A stretch of DNA of 49,448 nucleotides from Chloroflexota bacterium (GTDB lineage: Bacteria > Chloroflexota > Chloroflexia > QHBQ01), in the NCBI GenBank assembly GCA_043754535.1, contig JAYUUN010000037.1, positions 1 through 49,448 of the forward strand, read 5' to 3'. Made by a program: the position numbers and the translations under genes. Within the stretch, counting starts at the first letter, position 1. Each line of letters starts with the position of its first letter. Below, in pieces: positions 36,892-46,400 of the stretch. The notes under the pieces were generated by a model that made no database searches, was not told the DNA's origin, and saw nothing but the letters and a program-made list of their open reading frames with translations.

Positions 36892-38115
36892 TTAGCGCAC
36901 TAGCTCCGGGTGGCGGCTAAGGGCAAGCGGTGGGGTGTACTCGTCGTCGTCGGTCAGGCGGCCCGTCAGCACGTCGTTGATCGCCTTCAGTATCTTGGTC
37001 GGCTTGATCAGGGTACCATCAAAGTGGGGCAAGCTGATCACCTGGGTGTAGCGGCTAGCCGCCTCACGCACAGGGATGACCATCTGGCCCATGTTCAGTT
37101 CGGGGACGAGGATCGCCTTGACCTGTGGCATCCGCGCTATCGCCTTCACCTCCTGGTCAACGAAGGGCCAGAGCGTCTTGGGGCGCAGCAGCCCCACCTT
37201 GATCCCCTGCTCTCGCGCAGTGTGGGCGGCAGCCAGCGCAGAGCGAGCGACCGAGCCATAGGCAAAGAGAACGATCTCTGCATCATCCAGCATATAGTTT
37301 TCGCTGAAGACCACTTCGGGGCGGTGCTGGGCTAGCTTGGCGTGCAATCTCCAGAGCAGGTACTCTGCCTCATCGTTCTTGGCTGTCGCCTCAAAGCCGT
37401 GCTGATCGTGGACGCTGCTGTTCGCGTACCAGTGGTAGCCGTCGCCATAATTCGCCATCGGCGGCACGAGCGTGCTGTCAGCACCGTAGGGGAGGTAAGT
37501 CTTCTCCTTTGGGCCGACAGTAGGGCGCGGGCGGTTGACGATCTCGATCTCGTCAGCCGAGGGCAGCGTCACCGCTTCCTTCATGTAGCCGATGATCGCG
37601 TCGGACATGATCAGCACAGGGATGCGGAACTGTTCGCTGAGGTTGACGGCCTGCACCGCCATGCGGAAGCACTCCTCGACCGACCAGGGCGCGAGGGCGA
37701 TAATTGGGTGGTCGCCATGTGTTCCCCAGCGGGCCATCATCACATCACCCTGCGAGGGGAGGGTAGCAATACCAGTGCTAGGGCCGACCCGCTGCACGTC
37801 AACCAGGACGAGTGGGGCTTCAAGCATGATCGCCAGGCCGAGGTTCTCTGCCTTGAGACTGAAGCCGGGGCCGCTGGTCGCATCCATCGTCTTCGCGCCT
37901 GTCAGACTCGCGCCAATGCAGGCGGTGATACTGGCGATCTCGTCCTCCATCTGGATGAACTTGCCACCCACTTCAGGTAGGCGGCGGGCCATCACCTCGG
38001 CGATCTCGGTGCTGGGCGAAATTGGGTAGCCCGCGAAGAAGCGCACCCCAGCGGCGATCCCGCCCTCGGCGGTCGCCTCGTTGCCAGAGAGCAGCTTGCG
38101 TACTTGCTTGCTCAC
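36892..38115 (-). CDS. 2-oxoacid:ferredoxin oxidoreductase alpha subunit
   Basis: GNEA, AGYPISPSTE, QMEDEIAS, ATSGPGFSL, QRVGPSTG, ELNMGQ. Confidence 0.95.
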   Translation of the reverse strand: MSKQVRKLLSGNEATAEGGIAAGVRFFAGYPISPSTEIAEVMARRLPEVGGKFIQMEDEIASITACIGASLTGAKTMDATSGPGFSLKAENLGLAIMLEAPLVLVDVQRVGPSTGIATLPSQGDVMMARWGTHGDHPIIALAPWSVEECFRMAVQAVNLSEQFRIPVLIMSDAIIGYMKEAVTLPSADEIEIVNRPRPTVGPKEKTYLPYGADSTLVPPMANYGDGYHWYANSSVHDQHGFEATAKNDEAEYLLWRLHAKLAQHRPEVVFSENYMLDDAEIVLFAYGSVARSALAAAHTAREQGIKVGLLRPKTLWPFVDQEVKAIARMPQVKAILVPELNMGQMVIPVREAASRYTQVISLPHFDGTLIKPTKILKAINDVLTGRLTDDDEYTPPLALSRHPELVR

Positions 38116-38426
38116 ACGTGCCTCCGATCAGCAGCGTTGGACTCTGGGCTGGCTTCGGGAAACTGGGCGATCATTTCGGTGATGAAGGTAATCTCGCCTG
38201 GCTCGTCGAGGTGGGGGTGCTTGCGCGGGCCGATCTCAAGCGCAAAGTCAGGGCAGATCAGTTCACACAACTGGCACTCAGTGCATTTGGCAAGGTTGAC
38301 GGTGATCGGCAACCCCTCCTCGTTTGGCTCAAAGACGTGGAAGGGGCAGACACTGGTGCAGAGACCACAGCGTTTGCACCAGTTCTCGTTGACCAGCACT
38401 ATCGGTTCACGGTTTAGCTTCGCCAT
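38112..38426 (-). CDS. 2x[4Fe-4S] ferredoxin, oxidoreductase delta subunit
   Basis: CKRCGLCTSVCP and CTECQLCELICP; SD GGAGG before ATG 38426. Confidence 0.93.
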   Translation of the reverse strand: MAKLNREPIVLVNENWCKRCGLCTSVCPFHVFEPNEEGLPITVNLAKCTECQLCELICPDFALEIGPRKHPHLDEPGEITFITEMIAQFPEASPESNAADRRHV

Positions 38427-38450
38427 ACCTGGACTTCCTCCAACCAAGTT

Positions 38451-38501
38451 AACAAAAAAGTGACAGAGCAAGCAAGCGCACGTCTTGCCCTGCCTGTCAC
38501 T
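38451..38501 (-). terminator. intrinsic terminator inside the 5' UTR of the oxidoreductase operon
   Basis: AGUGACAG-GCAGGGCAAG-loop-CUUGCUUGCU-CUGUCACU followed by UUUUUGUU, ending about 10 nt before the SD. Confidence 0.75.
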
Positions 38502-38624
38502 CTGCAAAAGTCAGTCTGCTGCATCGGGCGTTACGACGACGCTGGCGTAACGTTTACGGCTATTACCGCCTCAAGCCGTCAATCCTTCGGCAAAAGGCGC
38601 GTTTCAGGCAATTCTTACGCTCTA

Positions 38625-38654
38625 ACTATAACACAGTGCTGGGGTGGTTGTCAA
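38625..38654 (-). promoter_or_regulatory. strong sigma70 promoter of the oxidoreductase operon
   Basis: TTGACA (38654-38649), 18 nt, TG-T-TATAGT (38633-38625). Confidence 0.8.
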
Positions 38655-38677
38655 TGATGTTCTGGGGACAGCAGAGT

Positions 38678-38854
38678 TCAGGAAGCCATTACGTAGCGGT
38701 CACGCCAGCCTCGCAAGTGTTGTGGCAGCTTATCACTGCGCCGCGCCAACACGTAGACTGCCAGGAAGAAGCAGAAAGGGACGGAGAAGATGAAGATGGC
38801 AACCATGCCGATGACAGTGAGGCAACCTGGTTTGTTGCGCGTAGACCTTTGCAC
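38678..38854 (-). CDS. 58-aa single-pass membrane protein, apparently leaderless, absent from the ORF track
   Basis: MQRSTRNKPGCLTVIGMVAIFIFSVPFCFFLAVYVLARRSDKLPQHLRGWRDRYVMAS; GTG 6 nt after TG-G-TAAAAT (38869-38861). Confidence 0.6.
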   Translation of the reverse strand: MQRSTRNKPGCLTVIGMVAIFIFSVPFCFFLAVYVLARRSDKLPQHLRGWRDRYVMAS

Positions 38855-39062
38855 AGGCCCATTTTACCACATCAGAGGGATTGCTACGAACCAGGCGATT
38901 GGCACTGTTTGCGCCGACCACCAGGCTAGATTTCGGCGATTCACTGAAGTCAGACAGGCTGTTGGGGTAGGCTGCTGGGTACGCAAGCCCTCCAATGTGA
39001 GTCTGTTACCTGATGGTAGCCAGCTTCGTATGTTATACTGGATCGACATAGGAGGGTATAGC

Positions 39063-40334
39063 ATGGACATTAAATCGAGAGCGATGGCTTGCAGCCTTGT
39101 TATTGCGGCTATGATCTTGACAGCGTGTGACGGCGGTAGCGCACAGCAGAGTACTAATCAGCCGGGGACAATGCAGCCACAACCCAGCGTGCAGGAGATT
39201 GTGCAGCGGGCGCAGCAGGTCTTCACCAGCGATACGCTCAAGAACATCGTGATCACAGAAGTTAGCGCGGGTCAAGGACCAGGTGTTGTCAGGCTGGACG
39301 ACCCCAAGCAGCAAGTACAGCAGAGCAGTTATACTGATCAGCACAAGCTCTGGTACCAGGCACCAGACAAGTGGCGCACCGAGTCTGGCAGCGGCCAGGA
39401 TGACAGCGACCCGACTGTGGAGGTGAGCAACGACGGCAGCGTATGGTACTACTTCTCAGTAGGCAAGATGCCAGGCCATGTCAACATCCAGCTAAGGGAG
39501 AACAGCGACAAGCAGCAGGGCTTGCGCCACGTTGAGGAGCATAAGTACGATATCGTGATGAACCTTGGTCAATACTACACACCCACGCTCAAGGGACTTG
39601 ACACGGTTGCTGGGCGGCCTAGCTACGTTGTCGATTCGGGGGTGGGCAAGTGCCAAAGCGATAAGCGGCAAGGCTGTGGTAGGGTTACGCTCTGGTTTGA
39701 CCAGCAGACATACTATATCCTCAAACAAGTTTGGCACTACGATCAGGTCAATCAAGACTTCGACAAGACCATCACCGCAACCAGCGTGCAGTTCAACACG
39801 CCCATCGAAGCCGCCACCTTTACCTATCAACCACCAATGGGAGCCATAGTAGAAGACTACCGCCCACATCCAGCCACCGCCGAGCAGTTCCAGACGCAGA
39901 TCGCACAGGTTGCTAGCCATGCTGCATACCCTGTCTCCATTCCTACTTACCTGCCTGCTGGCCTGGTGCCACGCCAGCCGAGAGCATCAGTGATGCTCTC
40001 TGGCTACCTGACGCTGGACTATGTGCCGCAGAGCGAGGCCGCCAAGACGACTGATGCACGAGCAGTGGGTATCAGGATTGACGAGGACAAGGTAGGTAAA
40101 ATCACCGACTACCGCTTGGCGACACCAGTGCAGAAGGGTGGGAAGGTAGACATCGGAGGTACGCAAGGGTGGGTGCTGCAAAGCTACTATGGTAAAGCGA
40201 AGACACCTATTGTGGTCCTACACCTGTTCCGTGACGGATGCATCATCGAACTTAGCAGCAGCGTATACCCAGCCGAGGAGTTGATAAAGGTCGCTGTATC
40301 GCTCAAGGCAGTTCCTGCCAACCACGCCCCCTAA
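39063..40334 (+). CDS. lipoprotein with LolA-like (outer-membrane lipoprotein carrier/DUF2092-like) domain
   Basis: Lipobox ILTAC; WYQAPDKWRTE, VSNDGSVWYY, DTVAGRPSYVV, LWFDQQTY..LK, FTYQPP; SD GGAGG and TGTTATACT promoter (39031-39039) favour ATG 39063. Confidence 0.78.
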   Translation: MDIKSRAMACSLVIAAMILTACDGGSAQQSTNQPGTMQPQPSVQEIVQRAQQVFTSDTLKNIVITEVSAGQGPGVVRLDDPKQQVQQSSYTDQHKLWYQAPDKWRTESGSGQDDSDPTVEVSNDGSVWYYFSVGKMPGHVNIQLRENSDKQQGLRHVEEHKYDIVMNLGQYYTPTLKGLDTVAGRPSYVVDSGVGKCQSDKRQGCGRVTLWFDQQTYYILKQVWHYDQVNQDFDKTITATSVQFNTPIEAATFTYQPPMGAIVEDYRPHPATAEQFQTQIAQVASHAAYPVSIPTYLPAGLVPRQPRASVMLSGYLTLDYVPQSEAAKTTDARAVGIRIDEDKVGKITDYRLATPVQKGGKVDIGGTQGWVLQSYYGKAKTPIVVLHLFRDGCIIELSSSVYPAEELIKVAVSLKAVPANHAP

Positions 40335-40438
40335 CCCTAACTCACCGCCGCTGCGGCTGGTGGAGACCACGACCTGCTTGCCGCTCGAAAGGTTGCGCTC
40401 CACTTGTGTTAGGGCATCTGTTCTGCTATAATCGACGC

Positions 40439-41713
40439 ATGGAGATCGACAAACAGACCGCCCGCCGCTTCATCCTGCACAAGCTGTTGCTCGACCAGCC
40501 GCTACTGGGCGAGGCAGGCGACCCGCTGGCAGCAGTGTGCGCAGTGATCAACCACCTCGGTGTCTTGCAGATCGACACCATCAGCGTGGTTGCCCGTAAC
40601 CAGGATTTGGCTCTGCACAGCCGCATAAGTGACTACCAGGCGCAGCATCTCGATCAAGTCCTCTACGGCCCAGATCGCCGCTTCGTTGAAACCCTCTACC
40701 CACTGTACGTCTGGCCGCTGGCCGACTACCGTTACATCCGCCAGCCGCAGAGCGAACAGCCCGCCTGGTGGCAGTGGGGTGGAGAGCGCAGCGACGAGGA
40801 CAGCAGCGTGACACGCAGTGAGCGCGAAGCAGTATTGGAACTAGTCCTCAACGAGATTGTTCGGCGTGGGCCGCTCAGTTCGCGCGACTTTGAGGGCCGC
40901 CCGATGATCCCTGGTGGCTTCAATCAGGTTAAGGATGTTAGCCAGGCGATCAGCCACCTGTGGAGAGGTGACCGCATCTTCACCGCCTATCGGCGCAGCA
41001 ACGTGCGCTACTTCGATCTGGCCGAGCGCGTGCTGCCTAGTTGGGTAGATAGCACGCCAGTCGCGTCTGCCGAGGCCAAGCGGTGGATGGCGGTGACCAG
41101 CCTGCGTATCCTGGCCCTGGCGAGCAGTGCGCAGTGGCAGAGCCGCTTCAAGTTCTTCTACGCGCAAACCGACCTCAGCACTGCCGAGCGCAAGCAACTG
41201 TGGGCCGACCTGACCGCCGACGGCACCTTCGCCCCGGTGCAGATCGTGGGGGTGAAGTCGCCCTACTACCTGTTGGCGGAGGATGTGCCGCTGCTGGAGC
41301 AGCTAGCCAGCACGCCGCTCGCGGACGATCCTCAGGCCGCTCTCAATCTCCAATTCATCGCCCCGTTGGACAACCTGATGTGGGAGCGTGGGCGCATCGC
41401 CGACCTGTTTGAGTTCGACTACATCTGGGAGGTCTATGTGCCAGCGGTGAAGCGTAGGTGGGGCTACTATGTCCTGCCAATCCTCTATGGCAACCAACTG
41501 GTGGGCCGCCTTGACCCAAAGGCCGAGCGCAAAGCGAAGCGGCTGCTGATCCACAGCCTGCACCTCGAACCAGCGCACGCCCACCTCGCCAGCGACCCCG
41601 CTTTTCGCTCTGCGTTGGCCGCAGCACTACACCGCTTCATGCACCTGAACGGCGCAACCCAGTTGGCGATCAGCCATGCCGAGCCGCCCACACTGCTCAC
41701 CCTCGCGCTGTGA
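40439..41713 (+). CDS. YcaQ/AlkZ-like (HTH_42) crosslink-repair DNA glycosylase
   Basis: LQIDTISVVAR (QxD), APLDNLMWER, FDYIWEVYVPAVKRRWGYYVLPIL; ATG 6 nt after TGCTATAAT. Confidence 0.9.
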   Translation: MEIDKQTARRFILHKLLLDQPLLGEAGDPLAAVCAVINHLGVLQIDTISVVARNQDLALHSRISDYQAQHLDQVLYGPDRRFVETLYPLYVWPLADYRYIRQPQSEQPAWWQWGGERSDEDSSVTRSEREAVLELVLNEIVRRGPLSSRDFEGRPMIPGGFNQVKDVSQAISHLWRGDRIFTAYRRSNVRYFDLAERVLPSWVDSTPVASAEAKRWMAVTSLRILALASSAQWQSRFKFFYAQTDLSTAERKQLWADLTADGTFAPVQIVGVKSPYYLLAEDVPLLEQLASTPLADDPQAALNLQFIAPLDNLMWERGRIADLFEFDYIWEVYVPAVKRRWGYYVLPILYGNQLVGRLDPKAERKAKRLLIHSLHLEPAHAHLASDPAFRSALAAALHRFMHLNGATQLAISHAEPPTLLTLAL

Positions 41714-41740
41714 AGGGGGAGGGCAAGCCTTGCTAGCTGG

Positions 41741-42709
41741 CTACTTTCCAGCCGCCAGCAGGTAGAGCAAGGCCATCCGCACCGCCACTCCGTTCGTCAC
41801 CTGTGCCTCGATTACCGACTGGGCAGAGGTGGCTACGTCGCTCATGATCTCTACCCCCTCGTTCATGGGGCCGGGGTGCATCACCAGGGCGTGGGGGGCA
41901 GCCAAAGCCATGCGCTCCCGTGTCAGGCCGTAGTAGGTGATGTACTCGCGCAGGCTAGGCAGCAGGCCGCTCTGCTGCCGCTCCTTCTGCATCCGCAGGG
42001 CCATTACTGCGTCAGCCCCGCGCAAGGCACGCTCAATATTGTACTCAACCTGCACCGCTACTGTGTGCTTGGGGTTCGCCCCCCACAGCATCTCGCCCTG
42101 GGGATAGGGTAGAAGGGTAGGCGGGCCGCAGAGAACTACCTCTGCGCCGAGGCAGGTCAACCCCCACACATTGCTGCGCGCCACCCGACTATGCAATATG
42201 TCGCCGAGGATCACCACCTTGCGCCCTACCAGGCTGCCCAGCCGCTCTTGCATGGTGAAGGCATCGAGTAGAGCCTGGGTTGGGTGGGCGTGGGTACCAT
42301 CACCACCGTTGAGGATGCTGCCGCTGAAGTGCTGGGCCGCCAGGTAGGGCGCACCCGACTCGCTGTGGCGCATCACAATAATATCGGCACCGAGGGCTTC
42401 AAGGGTCTTGATCGTGTCGATCAACGACTCGCCCTTGCTCACGCTGCTGCTGCTGGCACTGAAGTTCACCACGTCGGCACCGAGGTTCTTGGCCGCCAGT
42501 TCAAACGAAATGCGGGTGCGAGTGCTGTTCTCGTAGAAGGCGTTGACCACTGTCTTGCCACGGAGGGTTGGCACCTTCTTGATCGGGCGACCGAGGATTT
42601 CCTTCATCGCCTGGGCGGTCGCCAGCACTAGTTCGATCTCTGCCCGACTGAAGTCGTCCAGGTCGAGGATGTGCTTGCGGTGGGCTGCCGTCAAGCTACC
42701 TGTCGCCAT
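41741..42709 (-). CDS. pyrB: aspartate carbamoyltransferase catalytic subunit
   Basis: FYENSTRTRISFE, KGESL, HPTQALLD, GDILHSRVARSN, HPGPMNEGVEI; SD AAGGAG favours ATG 42709 (42751 alternative). Confidence 0.97.
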   Translation of the reverse strand: MATGSLTAAHRKHILDLDDFSRAEIELVLATAQAMKEILGRPIKKVPTLRGKTVVNAFYENSTRTRISFELAAKNLGADVVNFSASSSSVSKGESLIDTIKTLEALGADIIVMRHSESGAPYLAAQHFSGSILNGGDGTHAHPTQALLDAFTMQERLGSLVGRKVVILGDILHSRVARSNVWGLTCLGAEVVLCGPPTLLPYPQGEMLWGANPKHTVAVQVEYNIERALRGADAVMALRMQKERQQSGLLPSLREYITYYGLTRERMALAAPHALVMHPGPMNEGVEIMSDVATSAQSVIEAQVTNGVAVRMALLYLLAAGK

Positions 42710-42751
42710 CCCCTCTCCTTTGAGCGGCAGACCATCCAGGGGTAGGCTCAT

Positions 42752-43491
<740 letters not shown>

Positions 43492-43599
43492 TTGAGCAAA
43501 TGATACTATAGGCCAGGCGGGTTTGTCAAGTGCAGCAAGTGCCGCCGTAGGGCTGGAGGTGGCGGCTAGCGCAGGGGCAAGAGCGAACTTGCGGTGCTG

Positions 43600-46326
43600 C
43601 TACTGGTAGCCGATAAACTGCTGAAACAGCCCGTTGAGGTCAGTTTTGCTGAACTCGCGCCAGGTTGCTAGCAAGGTCGCGCCGCTGACTACCTTGCCCC
43701 GATTGCGCTCGTGGTAGGCGGTGATCGCCTGCCAGTAGGCATCGAAAGTCATGGTGATCCGTACCTGCCGACAGAAGGTTGCGCCCTGTTTGTAGACGTA
43801 GGTAAAGTAGTCGTCGCGGCCAGCGAAGGCGTTGACCGCCGCGCCAACCGGCTTATAGTTGTCAGCCGAAGGGGGATTGCGCAGGTTAGGGTCAGTCGCT
43901 AGCGGCGCACTGTAGTCGCCCCAGGTTAGCCAAACCTTCTGGAAAGTTGCGTCGCTGAAGCTATTGGCAATGTAGGTCAGGGTGGCATAGCTGGCGGGTA
44001 CCTCATCCAACCACGGGTCGCTGTACTGATTGGTGGCGAGGTCAGCGTAGAACCACTGGTAGGCAGGGCCGTGCAGGGCAAACCACCAGAGGTAGCTGGC
44101 TTCGCTCAGGTTGCCCGCCGTGATCGCCCCGGCCCGCAAGAAGTAGAGGTCGGGGAACTCCTTGTCGTCCGCCAGGTAGGTCGTGTTGGTGGCTACGTCG
44201 GTGGCGGTCAGTACCAGGCTGTCCGCCATCTCTGCGATGCTGAAGCGTGTGGCTCCGCGTTTGGCAATCCGCGCACTGTACCAGTCGTAGCTAGCAGCGG
44301 CGAGAGCGAGGATCGCTGTGCCTTTGGTTCGGTGCTGCGGCAGGAAGTAGCCGTAGATCGTAGTGCCGTCGGCAGTCTTGCGCCGCAGCGCGTCGTCCCG
44401 CTCTGGGTCGGCGAACTGGTCCGAGGCAGTCAGAGCGAAGTCGCGGCTAGCCAGGGCAATGAAAGTCCAGAGGTTGTCGCTGTGCTGCACGCTCTGGCCG
44501 CTGCCCGCGATCAGCAGCGGTTCAAGCGTCCGTACCCGCACCACATAGTCGCCGGGGCTACCGATACCGTTGTCGCCCACCTTATTGAAGGGCAGCACTG
44601 TAGGCCGATCCTGGGTGTAGGGAACGACAGTTGGCAGCCAGTCGCCCAGGCTGATGATGCGGTTGACCCGGTCGAAGGCGAAGTAGTTGCCCGCCGCTGG
44701 TGGGGTGAGGATGTAGCTCAACCTGACCACCACGCGGCCACCAGGCGGCAGGTTGACTGGCAGAGCAAGATTAACCTCATTTAGCCAGCTATAGCGGCTC
44801 GGCTGCCCATCCAGGCTGAGGCTGGCGAGGTTGAACGCCGACGACAGGCGGTGGGGGAGAACGCGGAAGACGAGGGCGGTCAGCGGCACGGTCTGCTGGT
44901 TGGTGTAGGTCAACACCTGCTGCACCGGGATCGTAGGCTGGCCGAGGTCGAGGGTAAGGTCAACTGCGTACTGGGCAGGCGCACCACTGGGGCTGTAGGG
45001 GAGAGTGTAGCTAATGGCGAAGGGCGTACTGACCACCGTCGGTGACGAGGCTATGGTGGGTGAGAAGGCGACGCTGAGCGCAGTTGGGCTGGCTGCTGGT
45101 TGGTTGGCGGTCGCAGTCAGCGCAACTGTCGCGCTGAGGGCAGCAACAGCGGTGGCGGGTGGCAGTAGCGTGTTGGTGGCAGTGAACGTTGGCACATCGC
45201 TGATCACCACCTGTGCGCTGGCGGCAGGTGAGGATGCTACTTCGGCTGGGCGGGCAGGGAACAGGTTGGCGACGTAGCCGACTCCCCCAGCGTAGACGAA
45301 GGCTCCCCCCAACAGGGCGATCAGCAGCAGGCTGACGACAGCAGCAAAGCCCCCCCGCCCGGCAGGGTTGGGCGGCTTGCGCGGCAGCGATGGGGGGTTG
45401 AGGCGGTCGCCAATTGCGAGCGGGCTGCTGCGGGCGCGCAGGCCACGTTCACGGCTCTGCACACTCGACAACTCCTCATACATAACGTTCGCGTTGGCGA
45501 AGCGGCGGGCAGGGTCGGGTTGCAGCGCGTGTTGGAGGAAGGTCGCCAGGCTGGGTGGCAGCTTGGAAGGCAACTTTAGGGTCGGTAGGCCGGGGCTAGC
45601 CGCTCTGTTTTCCTTGCCGTTCTTGCCGCCGACGGGCGTAGCCACCCACGCATCACGAAAGCGCATCCCAGTGAACAACTCCCAAAGGATCGCGCCCAAC
45701 GAGTAGACATCGCTCCGCTCGTTCGGTTCGTGGTTGGGGTCGTTTACTTCGGGGGCAGCATACTCCGACGGCCTGCCTGTGCCAACCCCCACACTGTCCA
45801 CCTCTTGACTGACGATGTTGGGGTCGAGGATGCGGGGGCGACCAATACCCTGCTCCACCACCTTCACCTCATCCATCCCGTTCTTGCGGGTGATCACCAG
45901 CTTCTGGGGGGTCAGTTCGCCCACCACCAGGGCGGCACTATGCACGGCGGCGAGCGCACGGGTGGCTTGCAGGCCCAGTTCCACCATGTCGCCCATACTC
46001 AGATCGCGCACTGCCACCACGTCGCTAAAGGTCTTACCGCCCAGGTGATTAAACACGACATAGGGATAAATCTTCATGCCGTAGCCCCAGGCGGTGGGGA
46101 CAGCCATATAGCTATCGTTGCCCGGCTTGCGGGCGCGAGGGATGTCTTTGCGGAAGTGGTTGGCGAAAGTGGTGTCGTGGCGATAGCTGGGCCGGTAAAT
46201 CTTGATCCGTACCACCTCCTGCGTCGTCGTGTCGTGGGCAAGGAACGACGCGCTGGCGTAATCACGGCCAGCCTGACTGAACACCTTGTACCGCCCAATT
46301 AGCTTTTCTTCTACTTCATTCGCCAT
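43600..46326 (-). CDS. Ser/Thr kinase-like domain + TM + M1 aminopeptidase-like domain, both with degenerate active sites
   Basis: Kinase scaffold (VRIK, YAAPE, RSDVYSLGAILWELFTG, PDPARRF) with HRD/DFG replaced; TM; S/T/P linker; M1-like RDFAL and QWFY...PWLDE with HExxH replaced by HGPAY. Confidence 0.85.
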   Translation of the reverse strand: MANEVEEKLIGRYKVFSQAGRDYASASFLAHDTTTQEVVRIKIYRPSYRHDTTFANHFRKDIPRARKPGNDSYMAVPTAWGYGMKIYPYVVFNHLGGKTFSDVVAVRDLSMGDMVELGLQATRALAAVHSAALVVGELTPQKLVITRKNGMDEVKVVEQGIGRPRILDPNIVSQEVDSVGVGTGRPSEYAAPEVNDPNHEPNERSDVYSLGAILWELFTGMRFRDAWVATPVGGKNGKENRAASPGLPTLKLPSKLPPSLATFLQHALQPDPARRFANANVMYEELSSVQSRERGLRARSSPLAIGDRLNPPSLPRKPPNPAGRGGFAAVVSLLLIALLGGAFVYAGGVGYVANLFPARPAEVASSPAASAQVVISDVPTFTATNTLLPPATAVAALSATVALTATANQPAASPTALSVAFSPTIASSPTVVSTPFAISYTLPYSPSGAPAQYAVDLTLDLGQPTIPVQQVLTYTNQQTVPLTALVFRVLPHRLSSAFNLASLSLDGQPSRYSWLNEVNLALPVNLPPGGRVVVRLSYILTPPAAGNYFAFDRVNRIISLGDWLPTVVPYTQDRPTVLPFNKVGDNGIGSPGDYVVRVRTLEPLLIAGSGQSVQHSDNLWTFIALASRDFALTASDQFADPERDDALRRKTADGTTIYGYFLPQHRTKGTAILALAAASYDWYSARIAKRGATRFSIAEMADSLVLTATDVATNTTYLADDKEFPDLYFLRAGAITAGNLSEASYLWWFALHGPAYQWFYADLATNQYSDPWLDEVPASYATLTYIANSFSDATFQKVWLTWGDYSAPLATDPNLRNPPSADNYKPVGAAVNAFAGRDDYFTYVYKQGATFCRQVRITMTFDAYWQAITAYHERNRGKVVSGATLLATWREFSKTDLNGLFQQFIGYQ

Positions 46327-46400
46327 TTATGGTACCTGGTTAGCACGTTAGTTGATCTTGTTAGGGCGTGGCTTGCGCCCAAAGCCACCTGCTCAGCACC

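Noticed and set aside
38427..38620. TPP riboswitch or T-box upstream of the TPP-dependent oxidoreductase
   Set aside because: Core CUGAGA/ACCUGA and T-box motifs are absent; reported instead as an unknown leader.
38790..39062. 91-aa N-terminal extension of the LolA-like lipoprotein and a GCAAC...CGTA ECF promoter at 38822
   Set aside because: SD, promoter and signal peptide support ATG 39063; the AAC-CGT spacing is 13 nt rather than 16-17.
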